Shown here: piece by piece, positions 51,498 through 64,000 of the stretch
How the letters are laid out: every line of letters begins with the position of its first letter
Numbering within the stretch: position 1 is the stretch's first letter
Assembly: GCA_012026655.1 (NCBI GenBank)
Contig: JAAILG010000056.1
Coordinates: 62,001 to 126,000 of the forward strand
Reading direction: 5' to 3'
Length of the DNA: 64,000 nucleotides
Source: Hydrolagus affinis
Taxonomy: Eukaryota
The notes under the pieces: model-generated
Told to the model about the DNA's origin: nothing
Seen by the model: only the letters and a program-made list of their open reading frames with translations
Databases searched by the model: none
Translations under genes and position numbers: made by a program

Positions 51498-52348
51498 GTA
51501 AGTAGTTATTTGTGGAATGGGGTGATAAATATTTAGAAGCAACAGCAGATTGTTGACTTGCAGTAGAGCTCATGTTCTTCATTCTTCATTTTGTTCTCTG
51601 CCTTCCGTGCACTTTTGAACCAACCCTCCAACTGATTAGATTTAAATTTTGACCATGAGCTTCATTCGATTGGATCTATTATGTGCATTGGCTTCGCCAT
51701 GGTGGCAGGCAGAGTCACAGCCTCGTCTTATTTAAGAACAAAAAAAGCCCGTCAATTTCTTCATAGGCTGGCTACACTGGCAAAACATGTCACCCACCCG
51801 CTGTGGGTGGGTTTACATTGTTAACCAACTCATTGAAGTGGCAAATGTTGGACTGCAGAGGTGGGTCATTGAGCTCCCAGTTCAACTTTCAGCCTTATCA
51901 ATATTCGAATGTACTTACCCTCTTGATCAAGATGCCTGGACTGTGAGATGAAGCAATGCAACAGTTCTGCCACTCTGGGTAAAGGGAAATGTAATGCGAT
52001 GCACCTAAGCCCACTCTTTGAAATATACGTGTTAGCTACTGACAGAGAGCTGTGCTGTTGGCAGCCACAGAGAAGTCTGTGGCCCACACCATTCTGTCCT
52101 CCCAGCTAAAATGGATCACAAGTTCGATCAGGGAATGGAGTGAGAAATTAAATATCCAGCAAGAATGAAAATACAATTTTTCATATTTTTTTCTAAGATG
52201 TTTCTGATGCCTAAAATCAAGGGGCTGTGTTTGGCCATTACCAAGAATAAGGTAAAGAAAACAAAATTTGTAACCTTATAGAGTAGTGTGCACACACCCG
52301 CATGCACTTCACAGAGCCAAATCTATGAATAATATGCATCCCCCCGCC

Positions 52349-52398
52349 TCTCTCTCTCTCTCTCTCTCTCAAACACACACACACACATGCACACACAG
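52349..52398. repeat. Compound (CT)n-(CA)n microsatellite
   Basis: Direct reading. Confidence 0.9.
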
Positions 52399-54234
52399 TA
52401 AGCAAAATGAACCACAGTTGCCTTGTTTAGAGCAGGGGAAAAAACAAAAGCCAGAAACACCCCATAGGGATTTACAGCAGAGTTCAATAAACTTCTAATA
52501 ATGTTCATACAAAAAGGTCATTCTACTTAGCGTTAACAGGTGGCAGATTACATCATAATCATTATTCTGCTACAGTCCTGTAATTCTTTAAATGAACTAA
52601 TCAATTACAGTGGAAAGATTACCTTATTTCTTGCTTGAAACGTGTATTATTCAGTCTCTGAAGGTACCCAACCAACAGCAGTATCACTCAACATCAATAT
52701 GGGAAAATTAATTGAGCATGACCAGCCTTTAGTTGCTACTTGCAACTTCAGTCAATATGTGTTGATGCAGGATAATGGTAAGGTAGAGGCTCATCTATAC
52801 AGACTAGCTGTCTATTAAGGAACCGTGTGTATATAAAAAAAATGCATACCATGCCTTAATCTGATGATAAGTAGAAAAATATTTCTGTGTAATCTGTATG
52901 TTGGCAATCACCGATTTAATAACACTCGAAAATAGGCTGAAATCATAAATATGCTGTGAAATTTGATTTTCAGTGTGTAAATACAATGCCTACAAGGGCA
53001 TGTTTCATTATTAAGCAACTTGAATGTATTGGAGAAATATTAGGCAGAAAGCAGCCGGAAAATAATTGAGATATATAGTTTTGATTTTCTTCTCCTTTTG
53101 GTTTCTCCTCAAACATTTAACGTTTCTCGAACGCGTTTGCACTTTATACCATTTCAAGAATAATACTTTTTCAAAATGGTTTACTTGCAAACATAACTCT
53201 GTGTTCCAGAGTCATCAAGTTTGAGTTCCAGGAACAGACTTGCCTTGTTAAGTTTGCATCTCGAATTGTTTCTTGTTTGCATTCTGCTTAATACCCCGCT
53301 TACCTTTTACCTAGAATTTTGTTCTTGCCAATTTGCAACACAGCAAAATAGGATTATTGGCCGTTTTAGTAAAGACTACAAATGCATATTTAAACTTTGC
53401 ACGGAAAGCTTTATGCTTGGCCCTGTATTTTTCAGTGCTCTAAATGCACCATTTCCTTTTCGTGTATTCGTCCATTCAACTTTTCCTTATATGTTTGGGA
53501 TTTTAAAGCATTTTTTTCATTTAATAGAATTTACTCCTCAATTGTTGTAATTGTGTGCTAATGGAACAATTCAAGGCCAGAGCTATTAGTCAAACTACTC
53601 GATTGCCAAATATTGCTTCTTGTAAGAAAGTTAGAGACAGTATGATTATTAACTAAGTGATTTGTCTGTTATCTTCCAAGCGGAACCTTTGTATGACGTA
53701 CAAGGACAGCAGATAAAGAGAGAACCGTCAAACATATTTGCGAAAAGGAAATACATTTGTCTATCAGAAAATGCATTTTTATTAACAACCACCTTGTAGC
53801 TTCCCAATGCCCATTTCCGAGTTCACATTATTGAAACAAAGTACGTGTTTAAAGACTGCTATTACTATGGAAGTGAAGCACTTTCATTCTCAATGTACTC
53901 GGCCTGGAAAGGCCCATGCGAGAGGAGATATTGGTAATTGTGTGACTGGAGAAACAGTCCCATGGAATGCTACCAATTTGGGTTTCCCAGTTGGAAATCG
54001 TGACGTATCTAAATGCTAGTCATCACAGCAAAGGATGGCATCCATTCTACTTGTAGTCACTCCCACGCCTGAAATGCAAATATAAAGTTCAGGACCAGGT
54101 GGGACTTGAATCAAGAACCTGATGTTTCCATTTCACGTGTCAAAATCAGGGATCCAGGAATGGAGAGCTCTGTTGAACCTTGTGGAGATAAATGAGTGAG
54201 AGAACAGAGATGAACCTCAGAATCGATTATTCTA

Positions 54235-54350
54235 TTTCGCCCACAAAATATACAGTCAGTTGACTTTACAGTATGTTCTGTGAAGTGTTCTGAGCGTCTC
54301 GAAGACGTGATAAGGTGCTGTATCAAATGCAAATTCAAGGATTATTATTC
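54235..54350 (+). mobile_element. Young SINE 3' tail fragment
   Basis: tttcgcccacaaaatatacagtc...gaagacgtgataaggtgctgtatcaaatgc...aggattattatt. Confidence 0.82.
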
Positions 54351-54640
54351 AAAACTAGTCTCTTGAATCTGCCTTGCCATTCATGCAAATCCGAATGTCT
54401 CATCTCAGGTAGCTGCTTTGACATCTGTTTAGTATTTGCCTTGAATTCAGAGATTAGATTAACCCTCTTTGGGTTCGCTGGTAGAGAGGTGTGTATGGTC
54501 TGGGTGAGGTGTTAAACTGAAGAATGTTTGATTGTTCCTCTGGTGGCACTTTTTGAGAAGAGAAGAGAGGTTTTCCCAATTTCCTGCTCCCCAATCCTCC
54601 AGATGAATTGATCATTCACTTCATCAGTGAATGTAGCTCA

Positions 54641-54972
54641 GTCCTGTAGCTCAGTGGTTAGAGCACTCGCCTTACAAGCGTGAGACCCGTGTTTCGAATC
54701 CAGCCAGATGAGGACGAAACCCTGGGTAAGTTTCCTTTACTCTTCTAATAATTCCTTACTCTTTGCCTAATAATAATTCCATCTCAAAAAATCCCCCAAA
54801 ATAAATTGGTCATTTTCAATCCACGACTGTTTTTGAGACACTGCCGTGTGCAATTGGCTGCCACGTTTCGCCCACAAATATACAATCAATTCACTTTACA
54901 GTATATTGTGTGAAGCGCTTTGACCTGTCCAGAAATTGTGAAAAGTGCTATATCAAATGCAAGGATTATTGG
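54641..54972 (+). mobile_element. Young tRNA-derived SINE, full length
   Basis: gtcctgtagctcagtggttagagcactcgccttacaagcgtgagacccgtgtttcgaatcc ... atcaaatgcaaggattatt. Confidence 0.92.
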
Positions 54973-55692
54973 TATTTATCATTGTTTTCCATCCCTGGCC
55001 AATGCATCTCATTCTAATCGTGCGGGAGATCACCGGCTTTCTGTTAGTTACTGGATAGCCCCCTCCAAGAGAGGGAGTAGGAATGATAGTCGAAGAGAGA
55101 AGTCGCTTAAAAAGAGGAAACTCAACATTACCTAAAGCAATCTCTGTAATGGCTGCTGGGATGTGTGGGAGGTCAGTCTGGGCTGGCTCTAAAATAGCCA
55201 GAATGGAAACTGTCGTTCTCCTGCGCTCAGAGAACATTATCAGACAACAATATTTGTGGCCTGCTAGCCTGTCGTTTCAGCTGTAGTTGGTGGTGGGTGC
55301 ACTGTGGCGTCAAAAGGGAAAAAAATTAAGCAATTACTGGAAAAGTTAGATTATTCTATCTTACCTGGTTCTAGCGTACACAACTATATAGATAGAGTTT
55401 TATATACGACAGACAGAACTGTCACAGCCGTCTGCATCCTCTGTTGATGTCTTTCTGTTAATATAATTAAAGCAAATAGGAAGCTAACTCCTAGACACAG
55501 GTTTTTCCCTCCTATAGTAAGTAGGGATTTGTTTCAAGTATAAATTTGAGAGAGTTATTTGAGAGGGTACTCTGTCTTAGTACCCGAGTGAATGTAATAT
55601 TTCTATTGCTAAAGAATAGCCACTTTAAATGAAGAAGAAAATGAGGAATATTCACCCCGATGTTCAGTGTCCCTCATTCTTCCAATTAAGTT

Positions 55693-55820
55693 ATTATAAT
55701 AATACTTGCATTTGATATAGCGCATTATCATGCTGTTGAGACCCCGGAAAGCACTTCACAGAATATACTGTTGAGTCAATTTACTATCTATTTTGTGGGT
55801 GAAATGTGGCAACCAATTAT
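55693..55820 (-). mobile_element. Young SINE 3' tail fragment
   Basis: ataataatacttgcatttgatatagcgc...aagcacttcacagaatatactg...ttttgtgggtgaaatgtggcaaccaatt. Confidence 0.8.
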
Positions 55821-56659
55821 TCAACCAATACAACTAGCTGTTCAGTCTCTCTCGAATCTGCAAATGTTTTGAGCCTCTGTTCAAGCAATGAGTCATTTAA
55901 ACTTTTTCAATGAGGTTCTGCAACAGTTGTGAAAACATTTGTGTCGCTGAATGACGCAGTTGTGCACTTTCCACCAAGGGCTGCAGCAACTGACAAGTGG
56001 GCAGATGCTCCTCGAACCAAACACATTGTCATTCTGAGACTTGTAGACACCTAGTAGTTTATTTACCTCGCGTGTTGCTCACCTAGACTTGATGCCAACC
56101 ACTTGGTGAGAGAGGCAGCTCAGCACAGAACTGGTGAACAAAGCAGAGGAGGGAGGGAGAGAGACCCCATCTCTTCAATATTTCTGCATTGTTTCCATCA
56201 GCCAAGAATTACTAATGTCACTGAGGCAGTTAAAACATTCCCACCGTACTTTTATTGTGTTTTATAAGAACCTTTTACTGGGGAGATTAACAATACAGGG
56301 TGAAAAATGGTGGCGGTGGGGGGGAAATCAGAAAATGTTGAGACTAAACGAGACTGGTAGATTAGCGAACGCAACCTCAAAGGAAAACTTGGAACAAAAT
56401 CAGTTTAAAATGCATTACAAAGACTATTTAATACTCATTAAACTGACAGCAGCACTGTAACAGGTCAGTTGTTGCCAATGGACATTGAGCACTTAAGTGC
56501 TTCAAAATGTCTATTTTATTCTCAGGGGTTGTTTTTGCCTTTACCGATATTCCTACTTTTGCTTCTCATCTACAGCTACTCCTATATGTTTAGCTCATCT
56601 TCAGTTACCTTAGATTATGGCTTTAGGGTGGGGGAAAGTGTGTGACTATCCGTTTATCC

Positions 56660-56970
56660 CTGGTTTCGATTCCAGAGCTGGGTGAAACGTTGGGCAAGTT
56701 TCCTTACTCCACACACACCTCTGTTTACCTGGCAGTAAGTTGGAACCCGTTTGTTAGTCGAGTAGCAATAATCCTTTTTTAAACAAAAATAGTAGTAATT
56801 TGGTCACTCATTCCTTGACAGTTTGTGGGACACTTCTGTGCACAATTGGCTGCAGTGTTGCATCCACAAAATTAGTCAATTCACTTTACAGTGGTGCTGT
56901 GAATCGCTTTGAGATATCTCAAAGATGTGATGAGGCACTATATCAAACGCAAGGATTATTTATTACTATT
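56660..56970 (+). mobile_element. SINE variant with complete CORE-like segment plus shared 3' half
   Basis: B box gtttcgattcc, ttgggcaagtttccttactccacacacacctctgtttacctggcagtaagttgg, then gtttgtgggacacttctgtgcacaattggctgc and tail. Confidence 0.82.
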
Positions 56971-59159
56971 GGTACCCCACATTACTCTCTTCTTTCATGA
57001 CGCGTAACAAATTAGAGTAGTCTTACACGCAGAAGGTTCAAAATGTTCTTTTAGTCCCCCTCCCTTAATTTCCAATTTAATTATTCTTTTGAGGATAACA
57101 CAAACTGCTGATTACCAATATTTTTGGCAAACCCAAGACTCAAGGGCTAGTCCATCTGTACTGATTGGTAGTTTCAATAGTAGACGTACACGGGGCTGCA
57201 AACAAGATAATTATGATCATTGTCTCTTTTTGCTTAACCCTGTCATTTGTGCCTCAAGCAAGAAAAAGATATATCATCTCTTAAGCACTGGTTTACACAA
57301 TCCGTCCCGGAAAAGTCTACAACTAACCGCTTCTAGTCGCTCTCTGCAGTCGCTTGCGGTCATCTCAACATCACATCTGGATAAAGTTGTGAAGGATCAG
57401 TAGTTTCCTTGGCAAGGGAAAGAAAATTATGCGAGGAGAGGTCAGGTAGATTTCTCGCTGTTTTTATATATAAAAAAAAAGCTTCTAGTACTATTTACCG
57501 TGTTGAGCAGTCAATAAGGTCAGAAAACAAAGTCTGCTGGCGAGGGCATGTTAAATACAAAATCTGCAAATAGTGTGTTGCAAGGTCCAGGAGAAGCCTA
57601 GCTATGGAAAAGAGTATGCCAGTAGTGTACATCTGTGAAACCATTTGTGTACAGAAAGATGCCATGACAGACTAACTGTATAAATTTCATAAAACCAAAA
57701 TGCATCATCATCAGCATCTTATCGAGAGAATTTAGCGCCCGAACCAATCAGGCTGGCAAATAAACGGTCAACGAGACACAAGGCCACTTACTGCAAATAG
57801 GGTTAGAGAATACTGATGAGATGCATTATTGATCAGAGGTAAACAAGGATCCCACGCACTGGGCAAAAGTAGCATTCACAGGCAGATTCACACCATTACA
57901 TTGAATGATGCAAGTGAGTTTTTCAAAGCAAAGTCCTCTTTCCAGTTTTCTACGTGGGCGAATAAATGGCTGCTGCACTAACGGGCAAAATCAGATCTCA
58001 GTTGTGAGGGAAACCCAAAGGTAAATTTTGCTTGGGACAGAGGGAAAGCTGAACCTCAGATGTTTTTTGCTCCAAAATCCCAAAGCTTTATCCCAGGGCA
58101 GCTGGAGCAGGGTATATTTCCATCACTCACGCCAATTATAGTGATTCTCCGACACATCAGCAGAGACAACAATTCGTATCTTTTCCAAGCTTCCAGACTC
58201 CCGACCTTCCTGTACCTGGGAGGGATACGCTCTTCTTTCCTGACCCCTCCACGGTTGGGGATGTGTCACTGGATGCAAAAGATCACAATGATTACACAGA
58301 AACTCTTCAGAGTAGGCTATTTCCAATAGCAAGTGAAAAGCGGTTACCTTTTGATGCCATTATGTATGTATGTAAGTATGTCTGTGTGTATCCAAGCCAT
58401 CTGGACAACATTGACTGAAGTCCAGTTTGTCCAAGAGTTGCACCAATTCCACTTTCTTACGCCTCAGTGGCAAATGACTGAAAACTCATCAGATTATGTT
58501 TCATGAAGGGAGTCTATAAAATTGCACTTCCTCATAAGACCTTTGCACTTTTTTTTCTGGAATCTTCAGACTCTTTGGACCCTTTGGAACCACAGCTCCC
58601 TGGATGTAAAATAATATTGAAATCAATTTCAGCTGCACTTGATTTAACTAGAAGGGCTCGGGAGTTCTCGCTGCTTGTTGTCAACACTTCTTACCTGGAA
58701 TTGGGTTCTGGGTTTGCCTTTCAATTGCTACTCAAGATGTTATCTGAGCTCTATTTGTTTGGATGTATTTATCCAGCGTTTCTTTCCTACCCCACCCAGG
58801 CCAGAAGAGAAATAGAGGCTCATTCATATTCATATCCATTTCAACATTTTACAGCGACAATATCCCTCAGTTTTTGCAGTGTTTTGAGTGGAAATTGCAG
58901 TTCGAAATGTCAATTTCTATGTGGGAAACAAATAAACAATAAGATTAATCCTTGCCTTGGGTATAGCACATGAAATTGAAATTCCTTGAAGCCCTTCACA
59001 GGAAATTGTCAAGTTTCACAAGTGTATATTTGTAGGCAAATGTAGCAATCAGTTTGTACACAGCAAGGTCCATCAAACATCCTACAAACAGACAAGGTGA
59101 AACTCATTCCACATAAATGTCATGGGATCTCGCAGCGAGACCTTGACTTGAGTATTAAA

Positions 59160-59470
59160 AAAAAACTTCTTTGCATGCGATATAGAACTTTTGACAACAG
59201 GAGGACATCCCAAAATGTTTCACGGCATTTAGTGTAAACCGTAGTGACTGTGTATTTTGTAGTTGAACAAAGGCAGCCAATCGAGGGATCGTTTTAGCAT
59301 CCGTCTGTACAGGCAGATGAGACTTTTAGTTTAATATCTCTTCTGAAGGACAGCACCTCAGATAATTCAGTACTACACCAGCACTGCATTAAGAGTGTCG
59401 CTGAGATGTGGGGTTTACATCCACAAACTTTAGACTCAGAGGCAAGAATCATGCCAACTGAGCCAGGCTA
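59160..59470 (-). mobile_element. Older Deu-domain (SacSINE1-like) SINE
   Basis: gtttaatatctcttctgaaggacagcacctcaga...cagcactgcattaagagtgtc...gactcagaggcaagaatcatgccaactgagcca, with tail at 59165-59280. Confidence 0.78.
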
Positions 59471-62400
59471 AAAAAAAAGTAGCTTTGGCAGTCGTAATGC
59501 AACTGAAGTTGAAAATTCTTGAAAATAACATTTGGTGTAAGACTGTTTAGCCTTAGTGGCTCCAGGAGATTAGAATATCTAATGTAGGGAAACAACAGTC
59601 ACTCAGTTTGAGGATTTCCATTGTCAGAAACGTAGATTGTTTGGACTATCTCACATCAATTGTGTTAACCTTTTTTTAAGATACAATTCATGTTTGAAAA
59701 GTAGTTTCTTTTTTAAGACAGCGGTGTTTATTCCGAGCCTTTGTTTTACTGAGCGAGGATTAGAACTCGCGGCCTCAACACTTAAATTTTATTGTAAATA
59801 AAGCTATTCAAACGACATAAAAAATTAATTTCAAAATCCATATTCATAAAGCCAGCACAATGCATTGTATCTAGATTTCAGTTGCATTTGATGTCAAAAG
59901 GCTGCATCAGTCTTTGTAAATACAGTATGAATGTAGAAAACTTGGCTTTTTCCCAGTAACAATTCACACAGTATTGATATAGTCCACACATTGTTTTGCT
60001 GCAAATATTTTCCTCTGGAAAAATTGAATTTACACGGCAATTTCAACACAAATGTGCCGATAGTTAACTCGCAGTCCACGGTGAGTGATCATGGCTCACT
60101 TGCCTGCTAACTTGGTAATTATTTTTCTATGACGAACAGAGTATCCCGTGCAATTGATAAATATTAATATTGTCTTATTACCAAGGAGAAGTGGGCTCTG
60201 ATGATTAATCATTGTGCTGAGTAACAGATGTCAGAATGTGAGCATACTGTTTATTAGTGAAATTATGCATCATTAAGTGCCTGCCTTTAAACCAAGCTGA
60301 GAATACCAATTTTTGTTGTTAAGGGACTTCAGTTTGCCAATTACCGTTTTATTCAATCTGGCAGTTTACAGACAGCCCAGGAATAGCACTGAGCGTTGTA
60401 AGGTGCTCCCATTACACACCGTTCTGTGTTGCAATTTCTCATTTCATATGGTTTAATAATAAAAAAAACTATACCAATGTTTTTTAAATCTTGCTGGGGA
60501 TTTATGAACAGTTTAAGGCGCTTATAAACCTGTTCAACAGCACCTAGCAGGTGATCAATATAAAATTAATATGTTTGGCCTATAGAGCTGCTTCTTCCAT
60601 AGGAAGCAATGTGCGTAGTGTCTGAATGGCTAATTCATTTTCACAGTAAGTTTTGTAAACTAACGATGAAGAATGTGACCTGGAGATGCCTCCCTCAGCC
60701 AAGCTTTAAAATGTGTAACTGATGGAGAGTGCTGTAAAGGCAACAGAAACAGAAAGTGCATTTTAAAACAATAATAAATATCCAAATTTGTAAATTTTGC
60801 GAAACTCATTCCCAACTTGAAACCTACAGTTTTTTTTAATTAAGAAAAAATGGGTTTTGTTTTTAAGATGGAAAGAATTGCATTTAGGGTGACATACAAT
60901 GGAATATTAATCTCAAAAGCTGTGCCTTAAACCTTGTTAGGGTTAGAACACAGCGCTACTGCCAAGAGTCTTGAAAATAGAAAAAAGAATAGGCGGGGCT
61001 CCAGATTTCTGGCTGCACTACAGTGACTTTTCTTTTAACCTTGGCATTTAACCAGCATTTAGTTTAAGTGCAAAACAAGTGTCCTTAACCATTGTTAAAA
61101 CATTTTTTGGATGATATTTTTTAAATATTCGCCAAAAAGGTACACTGAAGTTTTTTTTGTGTGAAACAGTCATCGGTGCTGAGATTTTTTTTGATTCATG
61201 GGTTTTTATTTTAATATCCCGATAAGTTTCGGAACGTTTACCCATCACATTATCTTGACAGCGGTTTACATTCTCTTCGACTGGGGAATGCGGGGATTGT
61301 AAAAACCATTCCAACTTTTGGTTTTATTTAACGCCTGCGTTTAAAAACAAACCTTATGAAGCGTATTTATTGCTGGCTCTTTGTAATCGTGAATCCCTAG
61401 TTTATATAATTACATCAAACTATTTTTTGTCTTAATATTGGACAAAGAACAAGGGATCCGAAAATCCTTATGCCTCCAAGTTTTGCTAGTTTGACAGTGT
61501 GCTCTGGCACAGCTGAATACCCCTGTTAGTGCACATCAGGATTGTCAGTGCACTTAGTGACATGAGGCATTTTTTTGCCCACGGTTTTCTGATACTTTTA
61601 TACTTGTATGTTGTGCGCATTAAGCCAAAGAGATGTAGAAAGGAGTCCAAATAAGTTAGAAATGAGTCCTAAACTCAACCGTGGCTTTTTTGTTCTTGCC
61701 TTTGCAATTCTTCACTTGCGTTTGGAAAGGTGATTTAACAGGACGGAAGCTGTGATGGAATTTTTAATTGTGTACCGTTTTTAAGTAAGCAAGTGCGTAA
61801 CCTCCAGATAATGACTATTAGCAGGACTCTGGTAATTGGAGAACTTGTGAACAAGGAGGGACAGAGGGGTGAGGTGTTAAACATGGGTGATATACTTTTC
61901 ACCTGAACTCTTTTGCTTCCACCGCCCGTGCCAGGCTGAACCTCATCAGCAGTAATTGATGCCGTTATCAAAAAAAAATTGAAAAGTGACACTTCCAAAG
62001 CAATTGACAGAGATGACATTCCATTAATTTGTTAACGCAATTCGCAAGTGATTGTCACAGATGAAACACCTTTTCCCCCCACGATGCCTTCGTTGGTGCT
62101 TTCCTTCCTGCCGATTTGCAGTCAGATTTAATTTGGAAACTCTGTTCCTTCGGCAAATTAGCAATTAGAACAATTTTGTGGAAATATGTATATGTGTCAT
62201 TAGTTTTCCTCCAAATTAATAGCAGGAGCAGAGGTCAGCCTGAAATTTTCCAGTTGACTGGAGTGGCTCTGTTGAGATTTGGAGCTTGTTTGGAATGGCT
62301 GCAGCTGCAAGCCAGAATCGAGCAGCTGCTTACAGCCACTCTAGCTTCCGAGCTCCACTTTAATTAGTTTACCTCGCATAGCCATTATTGCTAATATCGC

Positions 62401-62727
62401 TGCCTCCCCCTCAAAAAAATTACTGTTTCGAAAAAAAATCTTCAGACATCTTGTGTCACTACAGGCTGATGATGGGGGTCAGTTTGATGCAGCGTTTAAT
62501 CATTAGATCACCTCCATAAGCATCTCCTAATTAGAGTCCTTTCAATACAATTTCATCTTGTAATTAGCGGAGATTGTCTGCTTCCTCTGTAGCTTATTAG
62601 TGCCAGCGCAGTGGTGGGTGTGAATCACACTGTTATTTGTCAAGCCTGTTAAAGCTTTCCCTTTTCTCCTGTCTCTTGTTTTTTTTTCCACCATTACCCA
62701 AATCTCACCCCCAATCCATCTTTGCAG

Positions 62728-62929
62728 CTGAACCTAGTGTCGAGTGTCACATTGTCAAAGACTGCATCTGAAGCATCTCCGCAGAGCTTACCTCACACCC
62801 CTACCACACCGACAACCCCCATTACCCCTGTCACACAGGGACCTTCTGTTATTACCCCAACCAGCATGCACAGCATGGGGCCCATCCGGAGGAGATATCC
62901 AGACAAATACAATGTGCCAATTTCCTCAG
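62728..62929 (+). CDS. FOXP1: FOXP1 coding exon H (202 nt): [67 protein letters not shown]
   Basis: Acceptor tctttgcag|CTG, donor CAG|gtagga; completes the CtBP-binding motif P|LNLV across the G/H junction. Confidence 0.97.
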
Positions 62930-63146
62930 GTAGGACAGTTTATGCCGCAAGTGCTCTGTGCCGTTGGTCACCGTTGCTTTTTGGTAGTTATTTTAGTGAA
63001 AGATTACCCGTCAAGATTCAAAATTGGAAATCTTGTTGTAAATTTGTGTTTTTCTCTACGTCAATTAAAAAAAGAGAGAGAAAAAAGCGTAGATCCCCGA
63101 TTGCGTCGGTCTCCTACAAACCTGTACGTTTGTGTTTTTTTTACAG

Positions 63147-63223
63147 ATATGGCTCAGAATCAAGAGTTCTACAAGAATGCAGATGTTCGACCTCCGTTCA
63201 CATATGCTTCTTTAATAAGGCAG
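63147..63223 (+). CDS. FOXP1: FOXP1 coding exon I (77 nt), forkhead start: (D)[25 protein letters not shown]
   Basis: Acceptor tttttttacag|AT, donor CAG|gtgtgt; [10 protein letters not shown] forkhead signature. Confidence 0.97.
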
Positions 63224-63681
63224 GTGTGTATGGCACTGTAGTCTCTGACAGAACAATTCAGATCCTCAGATATTTATTAAATAAGAGCACAAAGGTTGTC
63301 AAACTCTAACGACTTCAAATTCACAAAACCTAACGTGTAAGCTGATAAATGACAAGCGGTATATCGTGTTACCGTGACTGATGAAAACACTACAGCACCA
63401 AGTGTTTGGCGTCTTGCTTTGCCATTGCGAGTCTTTGGTTTTTACAGCAGCGCAGAATTATAAAGACATCCCTTCAGCACGTAGCAGGAAATAATCACAC
63501 ACAGGTCTTATTTTTGCTTTAACACATATTTTAAAAATCTACATTTTAAACCACATCAGTTCAAGAATGTAATTGATATTTCCTCATCTTAAATTTGTAT
63601 AGTTATAACTAATTAATTAATTTCAAATACTGGATGTGTAATTATCATAACACAAATTTTGATCTTGTGTCTTTGTCCTAG

Positions 63682-63798
<117 letters not shown>

Positions 63799-64000
63799 TA
63801 AATATGAAAGTGTCCTCATCAGTTCTTTTTGCTTTTACTCTCAGCAGGCCTGGCCATTCTGCGTTCCGTGGTAAACAAGACATTGTATCTGACTTTTGCC
63901 GAATTTAGTCATCAGATTTTGGCTGTTTGGTTAATCTGCTGTAATTCTTAATTCAATTACTTTTGCACCATATTAAACGGTAAAGGAGATTCTTATGGAT

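Noticed and set aside
58503-58973. 156-aa ATG-initiated intronic ORF
   Set aside because: No recognisable domain or exon structure, composition typical of translated AT-rich intron
62722-63309. 195-aa and 165-aa overlapping ORFs as single-exon genes
   Set aside because: Exons H and I of FOXP1 read through into the 217-nt intron in two frames

Overview
This is vertebrate genomic DNA, most likely from a cartilaginous fish. The SINE/L2/CR1 repertoire suggests a chimaera such as Callorhinchus, but the species is an inference. The whole window lies inside one large + strand gene, FOXP1. Ten consecutive coding exons (23118-63783) have canonical AG/GT ends and compatible phases. They encode the Q-rich region, C2H2 zinc finger, leucine zipper, CtBP motif (PLNLV) and the first part of the forkhead domain; the N- and C-terminal exons lie outside the window. 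The rest is intron. It holds many tRNA-derived SINEs (a young CORE-containing family and an older Deu/SacSINE1-like family), 5'-truncated L2 and CR1 LINE ends, a hAT-type MITE, microsatellites, four assembly gaps and several motif-dense enhancer or promoter candidates. Almost all ORFs in the supplied track are spurious. I see no clearly new biological system. The best leads are: inverted SINE pairs bracketing exon blocks that could circularise (one giving a stop-free 858-nt circle); a Ser-to-Pro change in a motif conserved across FOXP1/2/4; a candidate poison or mutually exclusive mini-exon inside the forkhead region; a Meis/Pbx-Hox site cluster; and candidate internal promoters for short FOXP1 isoforms. 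Repeat boundaries are approximate; exon boundaries were counted by hand.
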